DNA of 64,000 bases from a virus (Duplodnaviria; Caudoviricetes): IMG/VR virus record IMGVR_UViG_2901201504_000001, positions 73,120 through 137,119 of that record, one strand, 5' to 3'. A program made the position numbers and the translations under genes. The notes under the pieces were generated by a model. The model made no database searches, was not told the origin of the DNA, and saw only the letters and a program-made list of their open reading frames with translations. How positions within the stretch are numbered: the stretch's first letter is position 1; every line of letters starts with the position of its first letter. Positions 9,731 to 19,287 of the stretch are shown one piece after another.

Positions 9731-10418
9731 TGATATACACGGCTGTTACGACCAGTTCATAAAAGTACTAGAGCATTGGGATAAAGAAATGGAATTAGTT
9801 ATTCTTGGTGATTTGATTGACAGAGGGGATAAATCACTGGAAGTTGTGCAGCATGTAATGGAATTGAAAGATACATATGGTGATAAAGTAACGGTACTTA
9901 AAGGAAATCATGAAGATATGTTCTTGAATTTCTTAGATGATCCATTTGAATGTGGAGAGATATTCTTTATAAATGGTGGCAATAGAACGGCCTTTTCATT
10001 TACAAATGATGAATTCTTAATGTTCAAGAGCTATGAAGAAAGAGTTAAATTAATCAAATTAATGAATCCAGAAGTTGATTTTATTAGAAACCTAGATTTA
10101 TATTATGAATTTGGAAATGTATTATTCGTACATGCTGGTATTAATCCATTGTTATCAGATTGGAGAAATACTTCTGAAACTGACTTTATGTGGACAAGAA
10201 ATATGACTTACAACAAGAATGAAACAGGATTGACTATTGTATTCGGCCATACTCCTACACAAATGTTACATAAGAATAACAGCAATAATGATATTTGGAT
10301 GAGTAAAGATCAGTCTTACATATGTATTGATGGTGGATGTGCTTTTGGAGGACAATTAAACGCCATTGTAATTGATGGCAAAGGTGAAATTTTAGAGAAA
10401 TACGATGTGAAAGGATGA
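9708..10418 (+). CDS. calcineurin-like (PPP family) metallophosphoesterase
   Basis: SDIHG, GDLIDRG, GNHE, HAG, FGHT motifs. Confidence 0.9.
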   Translation: MKKAFVVSDIHGCYDQFIKVLEHWDKEMELVILGDLIDRGDKSLEVVQHVMELKDTYGDKVTVLKGNHEDMFLNFLDDPFECGEIFFINGGNRTAFSFTNDEFLMFKSYEERVKLIKLMNPEVDFIRNLDLYYEFGNVLFVHAGINPLLSDWRNTSETDFMWTRNMTYNKNETGLTIVFGHTPTQMLHKNNSNNDIWMSKDQSYICIDGGCAFGGQLNAIVIDGKGEILEKYDVKG

Positions 10419-10644
10419 TAATTTGATTAAAATAGATGAATTAACTGAGAAAAAGATTTCAAAAGTAATGGATGGGTGGTTTCATGATATGAAAAGTCAT
10501 CCTAATCACAAGACAAGGGAATTTGCTGGAGCTTTGTATATGGGAATGTTAAAAACATTAAATATTTTAGACATCAAAGTTAAAAAGTATAATGAATAAA
10601 ATGATTCATTTATATTTGAAAAAGCTGGAAAATTCCAGCTTAAT

Positions 10645-10872
10645 TTACTCGTTGGTTACGGTTCTATCTGCAGGTTCAACTGATGGTTTAAATAATAAAC
10701 CTAAATTAATTAGACCAGCAATCCCAACTACTGCATAGACAAATCTTGAAAAAGCAGTGCCTTGACCACCAAATATAGAGGCAACTAAATCAAATTGGAA
10801 AAATCCAATTAGTCCCCAGTTAATTGCACCAATAATTGTTAGAGCAAGTGCTATTCTTTGAAAAGTACTCAT
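10645..10872 (-). CDS. DUF378/YuzA-like small membrane protein
   Basis: IIGAINWGLIGFFQFDLVA signature; hairpin at 10622-10641 downstream. Confidence 0.8.
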   Translation of the reverse strand: MSTFQRIALALTIIGAINWGLIGFFQFDLVASIFGGQGTAFSRFVYAVVGIAGLINLGLLFKPSVEPADRTVTNE

Positions 10873-10993
10873 AATAGTTCTCCTTATCAATTATTAAGAT
10901 TATTACAGTATATATTTTGTCCAATTAGTTAAAGTATATTCGGGAATGGGTTTCAAGATAAAATGAAATGGACTTTTTAATGGGAGGAATAAC

Positions 10994-11203
10994 ATGAGAT
11001 GTCAATACGATGTACCTTGGGTTGGTCAATGTAAAAATGAAGCAATAGTGGGAAGTAAAAACTGTAAAGAACACTCAATATTATGTAAAGTTTGCAAAGA
11101 AAGATTAGCTACACACGGTTGTTCATGTGCCGGAAGTTGGGTGTGTGGAACTCCTTTATGTAGTGAAAAAACATGTATTGATAAGCATTGGAGTAAACAT
11201 TGA
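10994..11203 (+). CDS. Cys-rich Zn-finger protein
   Basis: many Cys/His; GGAGG RBS. Confidence 0.6.
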   Translation: MRCQYDVPWVGQCKNEAIVGSKNCKEHSILCKVCKERLATHGCSCAGSWVCGTPLCSEKTCIDKHWSKH

Positions 11204-11318
11204 ATTAAGATAAAAACTCAATTTTATTTAGATTTACTACATTCAATTACATACGACTAATTAATGATTGTTTACTGATAATCTAGTAAAATATACCTTA
11301 TGAAAGGAGGAGCGATAT

Positions 11319-12269
11319 ATGCAAAAAAAATTACAGGTATTTATATCGTCTACATTTACAGACTTAATTGAGGAAAGGCAGACTGCTGTAGAAGCGGTAC
11401 TAAACGCAGGACATATACCAGCTGGAATGGAATTATTTAAATCAGGTGATAAAAGCCAAAAAGAAGTTATTAAAAAATGGATTGATGAATCTGATGTATA
11501 TATGTTGATTTTAGGTGGCAGATATGGGTCGATTGATGAAGAGACAGGTAAGAGTTATACTCACTGGGAGTATGATTATGCAGGAGAAATAGGTAAACCA
11601 AGATTCGCAATCGTAATAACTGATGAAGCTATGGAAGAAAAGGTTAGAGAACATGGTCAAGACGTTTTGGAGAGAATTAATTATCAAAAGTACATAGAAT
11701 TTAAAGAGCAGGTACTTGGAAAGATTTCGAAATTTTATAGTGATCTTAAAGATATTAAAATTGTCGTTTTAGAGTCATTAAAAGAATTTGAAAAAGATGA
11801 AAACTTAAATGGGTGGGTATCTGGAGCGAATATTAATAATCAACAAGAGTTGTTAACATCAAATTTAAGATTATTAGAAGAGAATGCCTCTCTAAAAAAT
11901 AAATTAGAAGAAGCTTTGAACAAAATTCAAAAATCAAATGAGATTAATGGTTACTCATATGATGAGATATATAAATATTTGTCATTCGAAAAGTTGGAAT
12001 TACCAGAAAAATTATTCCCAGAGTTAGTTGGGAAAAAAGTATCGCTTTTGAAATTATTTCTTGCATTTAAAGATCGATTAGCAATTGGAATAACTAATGA
12101 TGTACACATGACTGATGAAAATAATTTTTACTTTTTTAGTGTAGCCCCAACGCTTATTGCTCTGGGATTATACGAAAAGGTTAAAGTTGCGGGGGTAACC
12201 TATCAAAGAATTCAAACTTCAAAAGATGGTAATAAATTTTTATCTTTATACGAATTGTCAAAAAAATAA
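11319..12269 (+). CDS. DUF4062 domain protein with coiled coil
   Basis: QVFISSTFTDLIEER...GMELF...GGRYGS...YTHWEY signature; own terminator 12271-12293. Confidence 0.85.
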   Translation: MQKKLQVFISSTFTDLIEERQTAVEAVLNAGHIPAGMELFKSGDKSQKEVIKKWIDESDVYMLILGGRYGSIDEETGKSYTHWEYDYAGEIGKPRFAIVITDEAMEEKVREHGQDVLERINYQKYIEFKEQVLGKISKFYSDLKDIKIVVLESLKEFEKDENLNGWVSGANINNQQELLTSNLRLLEENASLKNKLEEALNKIQKSNEINGYSYDEIYKYLSFEKLELPEKLFPELVGKKVSLLKLFLAFKDRLAIGITNDVHMTDENNFYFFSVAPTLIALGLYEKVKVAGVTYQRIQTSKDGNKFLSLYELSKK

Positions 12270-12356
12270 TTAAGGAGGCGAAAGCCTCCTTAATGTTAAT
12301 AATGTCATATTTAGTTAATAAAAGTTAGATTTTAAAGTGAAAGGAAAGTTGAATTA

Positions 12357-12863
12357 TTGAGTAAATCATGTTGTTTTACAGGGCATAGACCGAACAAATT
12401 AAATGGATATAATCCAAGTGATAATAAAGAGCTATTGTTTAAACTTAGAGATATAATTATCGATCACATTGAGAATAAAGAAGTTGATAAGTTCATAACT
12501 GGAATGGCATTGGGTATTGATATGTGGGCAGGAAGAATTGTATTGAAACTTAAAGAAAAATATCCACACATTAAATTAGTTGCCGCAGTACCATGTGTGA
12601 ATCAATACAATAAGTGGCCTCAAAAATCTAAGGATGAATGGCAAAGCATTATACATAAATGTGATGAAGTACATTATGTATCAAATGATACTTATACATC
12701 ATGGTGCATGAATAAGAGGAACGAATGGATGGTGGATAATTCACGATATGTGATAGCTGTTTGGGATGGCGCAAAAGGCGGTACTGGAAACTGTGTAAAT
12801 TATGCAGTAAAGAAAGGCAACGAAATAATTCAGCTACATCCTAAGAGTTTAAAAATAAATTAA
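12357..12863 (+). CDS. SLOG-family (DUF1273/YspA-like) protein
   Basis: FTGHRP, GMALGIDMW, RNEWMVD, GGT motifs. Confidence 0.85.
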   Translation: MSKSCCFTGHRPNKLNGYNPSDNKELLFKLRDIIIDHIENKEVDKFITGMALGIDMWAGRIVLKLKEKYPHIKLVAAVPCVNQYNKWPQKSKDEWQSIIHKCDEVHYVSNDTYTSWCMNKRNEWMVDNSRYVIAVWDGAKGGTGNCVNYAVKKGNEIIQLHPKSLKIN

Positions 12864-12901
12864 TTTAAAATCATGGTTTTAATATAAGGAGATGAGATTT
12901 A

Positions 12902-13465
12902 ATGGCTACAATTGAAAATTCATTTAATGGTGTTGAAATTGGAAAATATGATAACAGTAATGATTTAAGTGCAGCTTTAAAGAAATATGTTGGTAATAAT
13001 GTTTTCTTTTTCTGCGTTGGAACAGACCGAGCTACAGGTGATTCAATAGCTCCTTTTGTTGGAACATTTTTAAAAGAAAAAGGTTATACAAATGTTATGG
13101 GTACTTTAGAAGATCCTGTTCATGCACAAAATATTGAGGAGAAAATCAAAGAAATACCTGAGGGATTTACAATTTTGGCTATTGATGCTTCTATTGGACG
13201 AATAAATAATATTGGGAAATTTCTACTGAAAAGCGGTAGTTTAAAAGCTGGAGCAGGGGTAGGGAAAGATTTACCAATGGTGGGAGACTATCATATTCAA
13301 GCTGTAGTAAGCACTGGATCAGGTAATAATAGTTTTAATTTTATGATGTTAGCTAATACGAGAATGAGTTTAATATATGATATGGCAAATAAATTAACAG
13401 CAGCAATTGAGTCAGCTTATCCTTTAAGTTATAAATTAATGAATAAAGAAGAAGCTGCTTTATAA
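12902..13465 (+). CDS. YyaC-like spore protease (DUF1256)
   Basis: CVGTDRATGDS, PVHA, AIDA, GAGVGKDLP.VGD. Confidence 0.85.
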   Translation: MATIENSFNGVEIGKYDNSNDLSAALKKYVGNNVFFFCVGTDRATGDSIAPFVGTFLKEKGYTNVMGTLEDPVHAQNIEEKIKEIPEGFTILAIDASIGRINNIGKFLLKSGSLKAGAGVGKDLPMVGDYHIQAVVSTGSGNNSFNFMMLANTRMSLIYDMANKLTAAIESAYPLSYKLMNKEEAAL

Positions 13466-14154
13466 TGAAATCCTTATTTTATTAAGAGTGGAGGAAGCTC
13501 ATATTGAATAAATTTAGACGTAGAGCATACGTTAAATCGCTAGATACAGTTAGGAAAGATGGTAAAGAAGGCGACAAAATAATCATTATCAAACCTTCAC
13601 ATACAGAAATAATGCTTGGATATAACATTGGTGACATCTTTACTGTTGGGGTTGAGTTTTCAAAATCAATCAAAACTACATGTGGTCTACACTTGTGGAA
13701 CTATGAATATATAGTTTTAGTTTAATAGATTCTTTATTTTATACAATGGAGGTATTTTATGAATGAAGAATTAAAAGAATTATACAAAATCTTTCTTTGG
13801 ATTTAGATTACGGTTGGGATATTGAAGGAAAGTATTTAACTATTTCAATTAACTATGATGGTGAAACAATTTGTAATGAAAGTGTAATTATAGAAAGAGA
13901 TTGATAAATGTCATATTCTATACAGAGAAATGGGGAATAGCAATGAGAAAAAGAGTTGTATATTTACAAGATAATATGATTAATGATAATGAAATGGTTA
14001 TTTTTTCGGCAGATATTCCATATGTGACAGAAGGAAATTTAATAGTGAATGAGGATAATTTAGCTATACCAATACATGATATTTGGGTAGATTTTAATGT
14101 AGTTTATGAGTATAACTTATAAACGTCTTATTTTATACAGAATGGAGTGAGTTT

Positions 14155-14256
14155 ATGATTTGGATTATATTAACCATTATCCAAATACCTTTCACGTTAG
14201 CAGTTTTATGGATATTAGGGATGATAATTTACGAGCATTTTGAATGGTTCAATTAA
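14155..14256 (+). CDS. 33-aa membrane microprotein
   Basis: Read directly MIWIILTIIQIPFTLAVLWILG...; RBS; lies between two palindromic sites. Confidence 0.5.
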   Translation: MIWIILTIIQIPFTLAVLWILGMIIYEHFEWFN

Positions 14257-14291
14257 GATAAAAGTCGTGATTTATACAATGAGGTGAAAGA

Positions 14292-14576
14292 ATGATATAT
14301 AAAGCAATTATATCTGGACATATATTTATAGATGATAATGACAACAAAGATATCGAAATACTAACTCAAATTGATAACGATAAAGAGTGTATAGATGTTT
14401 TTTGTGATATTGACCATGCTTTAATTGATACGATTGATATTGGAGAAAGTGATGATTATTATTTTATAGCTATTATTAAATCAGAATGGATTGAATATCA
14501 GTCTTGGGAAGGCTCTGAATGGGAAGTGGAGCATGAGGTTATAGAGATAAAAGATGTAGATTTGATTATAAAATAA
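14292..14576 (+). CDS. highly acidic small protein
   Basis: ORF with GAGGTG RBS. Confidence 0.65.
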   Translation: MIYKAIISGHIFIDDNDNKDIEILTQIDNDKECIDVFCDIDHALIDTIDIGESDDYYFIAIIKSEWIEYQSWEGSEWEVEHEVIEIKDVDLIIK

Positions 14577-14610
14577 GATAAAATTCACGTTTTATAAGAG
14601 GAGGGATTTA

Positions 14611-14808
14611 TTGAAAATACGTAGAGAATTGGATAATGGAAAAATCATGACGTTGTGTGTTAAATGTGACCATATTAGTCATACATATCGTGGGAAATGT
14701 ACATATTGTGGAGAGCAAAAAGAATATGATTTTTTCTTCTCTTTACCTACGAAAGAAAGAGAGAACTTATTAGAAATTTTAATTGAATACAATAAACAAA
14801 GCGAATAA
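14611..14808 (+). CDS. Zn-ribbon small protein
   Basis: CVKC..CTYC. Confidence 0.55.
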   Translation: MKIRRELDNGKIMTLCVKCDHISHTYRGKCTYCGEQKEYDFFFSLPTKERENLLEILIEYNKQSE

Positions 14809-14837
14809 AAATTATTTTAAACAAAGTAGGTATTTAA

Positions 14838-14936
14838 ATGAAAGTAGTTAAATGTCCACAATGCGGAAGAGAAGTTAAATTAATCGAACATATAAACAAA
14901 TGTGAATGTGGAGCAAGAATCAAAGTGTTGGAGTAG
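14838..14936 (+). CDS. 32-aa Zn-ribbon microprotein
   Basis: Read directly MKVVKCPQCG...CECG. Confidence 0.5.
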   Translation: MKVVKCPQCGREVKLIEHINKCECGARIKVLE

Positions 14937-15199
14937 AAACAAGATAAAAATTATATTTTATACAAGGTGATTATATGAAATGTGCCAGAAGTAGAAACAA
15001 TGAGATGTATCTGAATGGTACAACAATTATTTGATGAGTTACGTAAGAATTATTTCTCACCCTAAATATACACATGAGCAAAGAGTTAAATATAATGAAA
15101 TACTTCTAGCTTGGTATGAGAATTTTAATGGATATTTAGAGGAATATGATTGTTGATAAAAACTAGATTTTATATAAAGGAGTGATGATATGAGTGAAT

Positions 15200-15362
15200 A
15201 TAAGTATATTGAATCCACTCACTTGAACAACTCATTCTTGAATGATGATTATGTGTATTGGTTTAATAATATTCATAATCATAAAACATTGGGATATTAA
15301 TCACCAGTAGAATTTAAGCATCAGCCCTTATAAAAGTTGTCCAGTTTAATGTTGACATTCCA
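15200..15362 (+). mobile_element. degenerate IS3-family right-end remnant
   Basis: DDYVYWFNNIHNHKTLGY*SPVEFK resembles IS3 transposase C-terminus, followed by a terminal-repeat-like TTGTCCAGTTTAATGTTGACATTCCA. Confidence 0.65.
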
Positions 15363-15462
15363 TTGATGTTGATTTATTATCCTAATGGAAAAATAAGAGT
15401 GTAAGAACCAATAATAAATTTTTTAGAATGCAACTTCAAAAAATATAGAGGAGAATTAACGT

Positions 15463-16368
15463 GTGAAAAATTTATGGCTACTTAAAAATAAATCAGATAA
15501 CAGAAATAATAAGTTTGTAGATAAAATACCTGGTTGGATATATCTTCTAATATGCAGTATTGGCATCATGGTTCTCTTTTATGGAACGCAATTAATTGTG
15601 GGTATTTCACTTCAAACTATCTTTAATTTTATTCCAGAAACTAGTTCTACATATCGTTTTATAGGAGTCATTCGTACTTTTATTGGAATATGGATGCTGC
15701 TGCTAGTATATGTTTACATATTTAAGAACCCTATTTCTAGTATAGGATTTACCAGAGATCGGTCATATAAGATTATTTCGAATATACTTAGTGGTCTAGC
15801 AATTGGTATGTTTATTAATTTTGCAGGTATCTATATATACTCTCTTATGTTTAATGTTCAAATTGGAATTACAGAACAAATCTCTAGTTTTAATGTTTAT
15901 CCATATGTTTTACTATGTTTTGTTACTTACCTTATCCAAGGTGGCGCAGAGGAACTTGTTTTTAGAGGTTTTCTAACGAAATGGCTCGTGAAAAAATACA
16001 ATCTTTTACTTGTCTTTCTTTTCACTTCTATTCTATTTTCTCTCATGCATTCCTTTGGTGGGTTTAATCCCGTATTTTTGACGTATGCTCTTTGTTTTGG
16101 ATTTTTATTATTTTTAGTTGCTGTTGATAGTAATTGTATATATAAAAGTATGGTAATTCATGGGGTTTATAACGCTTCCGAGACGCTTTTTAAATTTAAC
16201 GATGACAGTATGGAGAAAGAGCATTTATTCTATGCAAATGCTAACATGGAGATTTATATGAATAAGGCCTATCTTATCATCTCAGCAATAATACTTGTTT
16301 TCTGTGTATATTATTTAATAAAACTGCACAAAAAGAATCCAAAATGGTATTTCATGAGAAGCAACTAG
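15463..16368 (+). CDS. CPBP/Abi (CAAX protease-like) intramembrane metalloprotease
   Basis: EELVFRG, FSLMH, HGVYN motifs; multiple TM segments. Confidence 0.88.
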   Translation: MKNLWLLKNKSDNRNNKFVDKIPGWIYLLICSIGIMVLFYGTQLIVGISLQTIFNFIPETSSTYRFIGVIRTFIGIWMLLLVYVYIFKNPISSIGFTRDRSYKIISNILSGLAIGMFINFAGIYIYSLMFNVQIGITEQISSFNVYPYVLLCFVTYLIQGGAEELVFRGFLTKWLVKKYNLLLVFLFTSILFSLMHSFGGFNPVFLTYALCFGFLLFLVAVDSNCIYKSMVIHGVYNASETLFKFNDDSMEKEHLFYANANMEIYMNKAYLIISAIILVFCVYYLIKLHKKNPKWYFMRSN

Positions 16369-16397
16369 GATTGTTAATTATAGTTTAGGAGATAAAT

Positions 16398-16661
16398 ATG
16401 AATTTAACAAAGGTACAAAAAAGAATTAATCTATATCAAGAAAACCCAGTATTTCATGAATTAACTTGTGGTAACAATTCAAAGCATGGGACACTAAAAG
16501 CACAAATTATTGGTGACAAAGTAGTTTTGATTTGTCCTGACTGCGAATACATACAGACTTATATACCAGACTTCTTTTTCAATGATCAATTTGAGATTGA
16601 ATATAATAAACAAAAAGAGTTAATGGATAGAATTAACGAGATACAAAATACAATAAAATAA
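16398..16661 (+). CDS. Zn-ribbon small protein
   Basis: HELTC..H...CPDC. Confidence 0.6.
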   Translation: MNLTKVQKRINLYQENPVFHELTCGNNSKHGTLKAQIIGDKVVLICPDCEYIQTYIPDFFFNDQFEIEYNKQKELMDRINEIQNTIK

Positions 16662-16677
16662 TACTTTTAAACATCTA

Positions 16678-16712
16678 ATAAAGTGAGATAAATTGTCTTA
16701 CTTTATTTTTTT
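16678..16712 (+). terminator. terminator ending the first accessory array
   Basis: ATAAAGTGAGATA-aat-TGTCTTACTTTATTTTTT. Confidence 0.65.
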
Positions 16713-16740
16713 GTTATTTTGAATAAATTGGAAATATCAG

Positions 16741-16769
16741 TTGACTTTACTTTAAATTTACTATAAAAT
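16741..16769 (+). promoter_or_regulatory. SigA promoter of the tyrosine recombinase gene
   Basis: TTGACT-17-TAAAAT. Confidence 0.65.
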
Positions 16770-16817
16770 TTAATTAACGTAATATAAACACCTAGATTTT
16801 TAAGGGGAGGTTGAATC

Positions 16818-17834
16818 ATGGGAGAAGCAAGAAAGTTAAGGGATCATTATATATATGATGATATTATTGCTTTTTTAAATTTAGCTCATTATAGTTATAA
16901 TACAAAATTGTCATATGAAAAAGGAATTAGAGACTTTTTTAGAGAAATTAAAAATAAAGATATTGAGCATCTTACTCAGGATGATATCCCCATAATGAAA
17001 AAAGAGGTGGAATTATTTAGAACACTGTTGAAAGAACGTGGCTATCATAATAATACAATTAATAATAAAGTAGCAGGATTAAGAAGACTATATACTGAAT
17101 TTAAAGCGAATAAATATAATGTTGATGTAGATTTTTTTAGTATTATAAAATCATTACCAAGTGACACAGATTCTTATGATCCTTTTACTATAGATGAAGC
17201 AATGCAATTATATGAGTTAGCTTTAGATGAAAGGCATGATGGTGAGATAAAGTCTAAATTCATTTTGTTTTGCCTGGATACTTGTATAAGAAAAAGTGCT
17301 GCATTAAAACTAAAATGGTCAGATTTCAAGGTTATAAATGAAAAAGAAGTAAGAATAATTGCTATTGATAAAGGTAATAAAGACTTTAGAGCGATGATTC
17401 ATTATGATTTTTATAAAGAATTGTTGGAACTTAAAACTGATTCTGATCTAGTTTTTAATTTGAAACTACCTACTGTAGATAAAATGATATCTAGATTAGT
17501 CACAAAACTAAATGTAGATTCTGAAAGAAACTTAACATTTCACAGTTTAAGAAAAGCAGGAATTGAGTTTAAGTATAGATATACTGGTGATATTAAAGTA
17601 GCACAAAAAGCAGCTAATCACAGTGATTTTTCGTTAACTTTCAATACTTATGTTAGTACTGAAGATTATGGGGTAATGGGAGCTGTATCATTGCTACATA
17701 AAAATGAAGAATCTATCTTAAACCAATTAAACTTTGAAGAATTAAAAAAACTTATGAATAGCCTAGAGCCAGATGTATTTCTAAGAGTGGAAAAGATGGC
17801 TAGAGAAATGTTCTCGAAGTGTTTGAAAGATTAA
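16818..17834 (+). CDS. tyrosine recombinase, YopP/SroD-like
   Basis: full catalytic set: R (DTCIRK), K (DKGNK), HSLR, H (ANHS), Y (FNTY); synteny with yopQ/yopR-like genes. Confidence 0.85.
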   Translation: MGEARKLRDHYIYDDIIAFLNLAHYSYNTKLSYEKGIRDFFREIKNKDIEHLTQDDIPIMKKEVELFRTLLKERGYHNNTINNKVAGLRRLYTEFKANKYNVDVDFFSIIKSLPSDTDSYDPFTIDEAMQLYELALDERHDGEIKSKFILFCLDTCIRKSAALKLKWSDFKVINEKEVRIIAIDKGNKDFRAMIHYDFYKELLELKTDSDLVFNLKLPTVDKMISRLVTKLNVDSERNLTFHSLRKAGIEFKYRYTGDIKVAQKAANHSDFSLTFNTYVSTEDYGVMGAVSLLHKNEESILNQLNFEELKKLMNSLEPDVFLRVEKMAREMFSKCLKD

Positions 17835-17929
17835 TTTTATTAACATTTTACTAAGTGATACATATAAAGTACAATTAGTAATGTGTTGTATATATGATAA
17901 ATATAATAAGAAGTGAATGAGGTGTTTTT

Positions 17930-19270
17930 TTGTATATTGATAGAGAAGAACTTGAAGAGAGATTGACACCTTTCCTTGAACAAGTTAGAAACAATAACCA
18001 TGCAGTGGATTTAATTTCTAAGAAAATGTTAGATTTCAACATCCTTGAAGGAGATACTATAAATTACTTTAATCAACCAGAAACTATCGCTGACATGGAT
18101 TTGAGAGCTTTATGTCTTTTTACAATGTTTGTACAAGAACATGTTAGAGATTCATCTTTAGATATAACTGAAATTTTTACTCCTAATGATATTAAAGAAG
18201 CGAAGCAGTATAATGGAGCATTTGAAATTGAAAAAGAAGAAGATATACTTCCTCTAATAATCGAAGGCGCAGATGCTTTAGATAGTACTACAATTTTGAC
18301 TAAGCTAAATATCCAACAAATCAATAAAATGCTGGATAAAGAGATACTGTATTATGATTTTAATACACAGAGAGAAGCTAAGTGGAAGAGAAAAGGTAGC
18401 ACGATCATTCAAACTCCAAAAATTAACCAAAAATCAGTTAAGGAAATTTCTAAATGCATATTAGATGACACTTTAGTTAAGACAGTCCTAACATTTAATG
18501 CGACTATTGGTAGTAGTGATGAAGAAAATGAATTAATATACAACGAGAAGAAAAGAACAGTTACAATTACTAAAGGAACGAAAATAGCAATTATTGATGG
18601 ATTCCATAGGGTTAAAGGAATTCAAATGGCATTGGCTAAAAATCCACATAAAGAGTTTGTTTTCCCTGTACTATTAACAAATTATTCTGTTGAAAAAGCA
18701 GCTCAATATTTAGGGCAAATTTCTAAAGCAAATCCAATTTCTAAGACTCGTGCTGCTGAATTATTAAAATCAAGAAAAGCTGATGAGGTAGTACAGTATT
18801 TAAAAGAGAGTTCAGAGCTAAAAGGAAGAATTTCTCAAACAGAGAGAATACATTCCATTAATAATGAAATAGTCACTTATAATATTTTAGCTGATACTAT
18901 TGAAAAAGAATTCAAACTAAAAACAAGAATAGATGTAATAAAGGTTGGAAAGTATTTAAGCGAATTCTTTGATATTTTAATGGGCTTGTACAGCGATGCC
19001 TTTATTGATAATGTTGTGGAAACTAAAAATAAATCATTAATTAATGATAACAATATGTTTGTTGGTTATATAGTGCTTGCTAGAAGATTGTACGAGCAAG
19101 ATAAGCCTATTGATATAAATGTAATTGAAGGGATAATGTCTAATATAGATTTTAGCTATGACAATCCACTATGGGAAGAGTTGGCATTAACGAAAGATGG
19201 GAAGAAGAATCATCGTACTCATGTAGTAAGAACAAATATAATGAAATATTTCAATCGATTAGAAATATAA
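17930..19270 (+). CDS. DndB/ParB-like protein, YopQ/SroE-like
   Basis: TQR and IIDGFHR (DGQHR-type) motifs; synteny; TTTACT-17-TACAAT promoter at 17847-17875. Confidence 0.8.
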   Translation: MYIDREELEERLTPFLEQVRNNNHAVDLISKKMLDFNILEGDTINYFNQPETIADMDLRALCLFTMFVQEHVRDSSLDITEIFTPNDIKEAKQYNGAFEIEKEEDILPLIIEGADALDSTTILTKLNIQQINKMLDKEILYYDFNTQREAKWKRKGSTIIQTPKINQKSVKEISKCILDDTLVKTVLTFNATIGSSDEENELIYNEKKRTVTITKGTKIAIIDGFHRVKGIQMALAKNPHKEFVFPVLLTNYSVEKAAQYLGQISKANPISKTRAAELLKSRKADEVVQYLKESSELKGRISQTERIHSINNEIVTYNILADTIEKEFKLKTRIDVIKVGKYLSEFFDILMGLYSDAFIDNVVETKNKSLINDNNMFVGYIVLARRLYEQDKPIDINVIEGIMSNIDFSYDNPLWEELALTKDGKKNHRTHVVRTNIMKYFNRLEI

Positions 19271-19287
19271 AATAATGAGGGATATAT

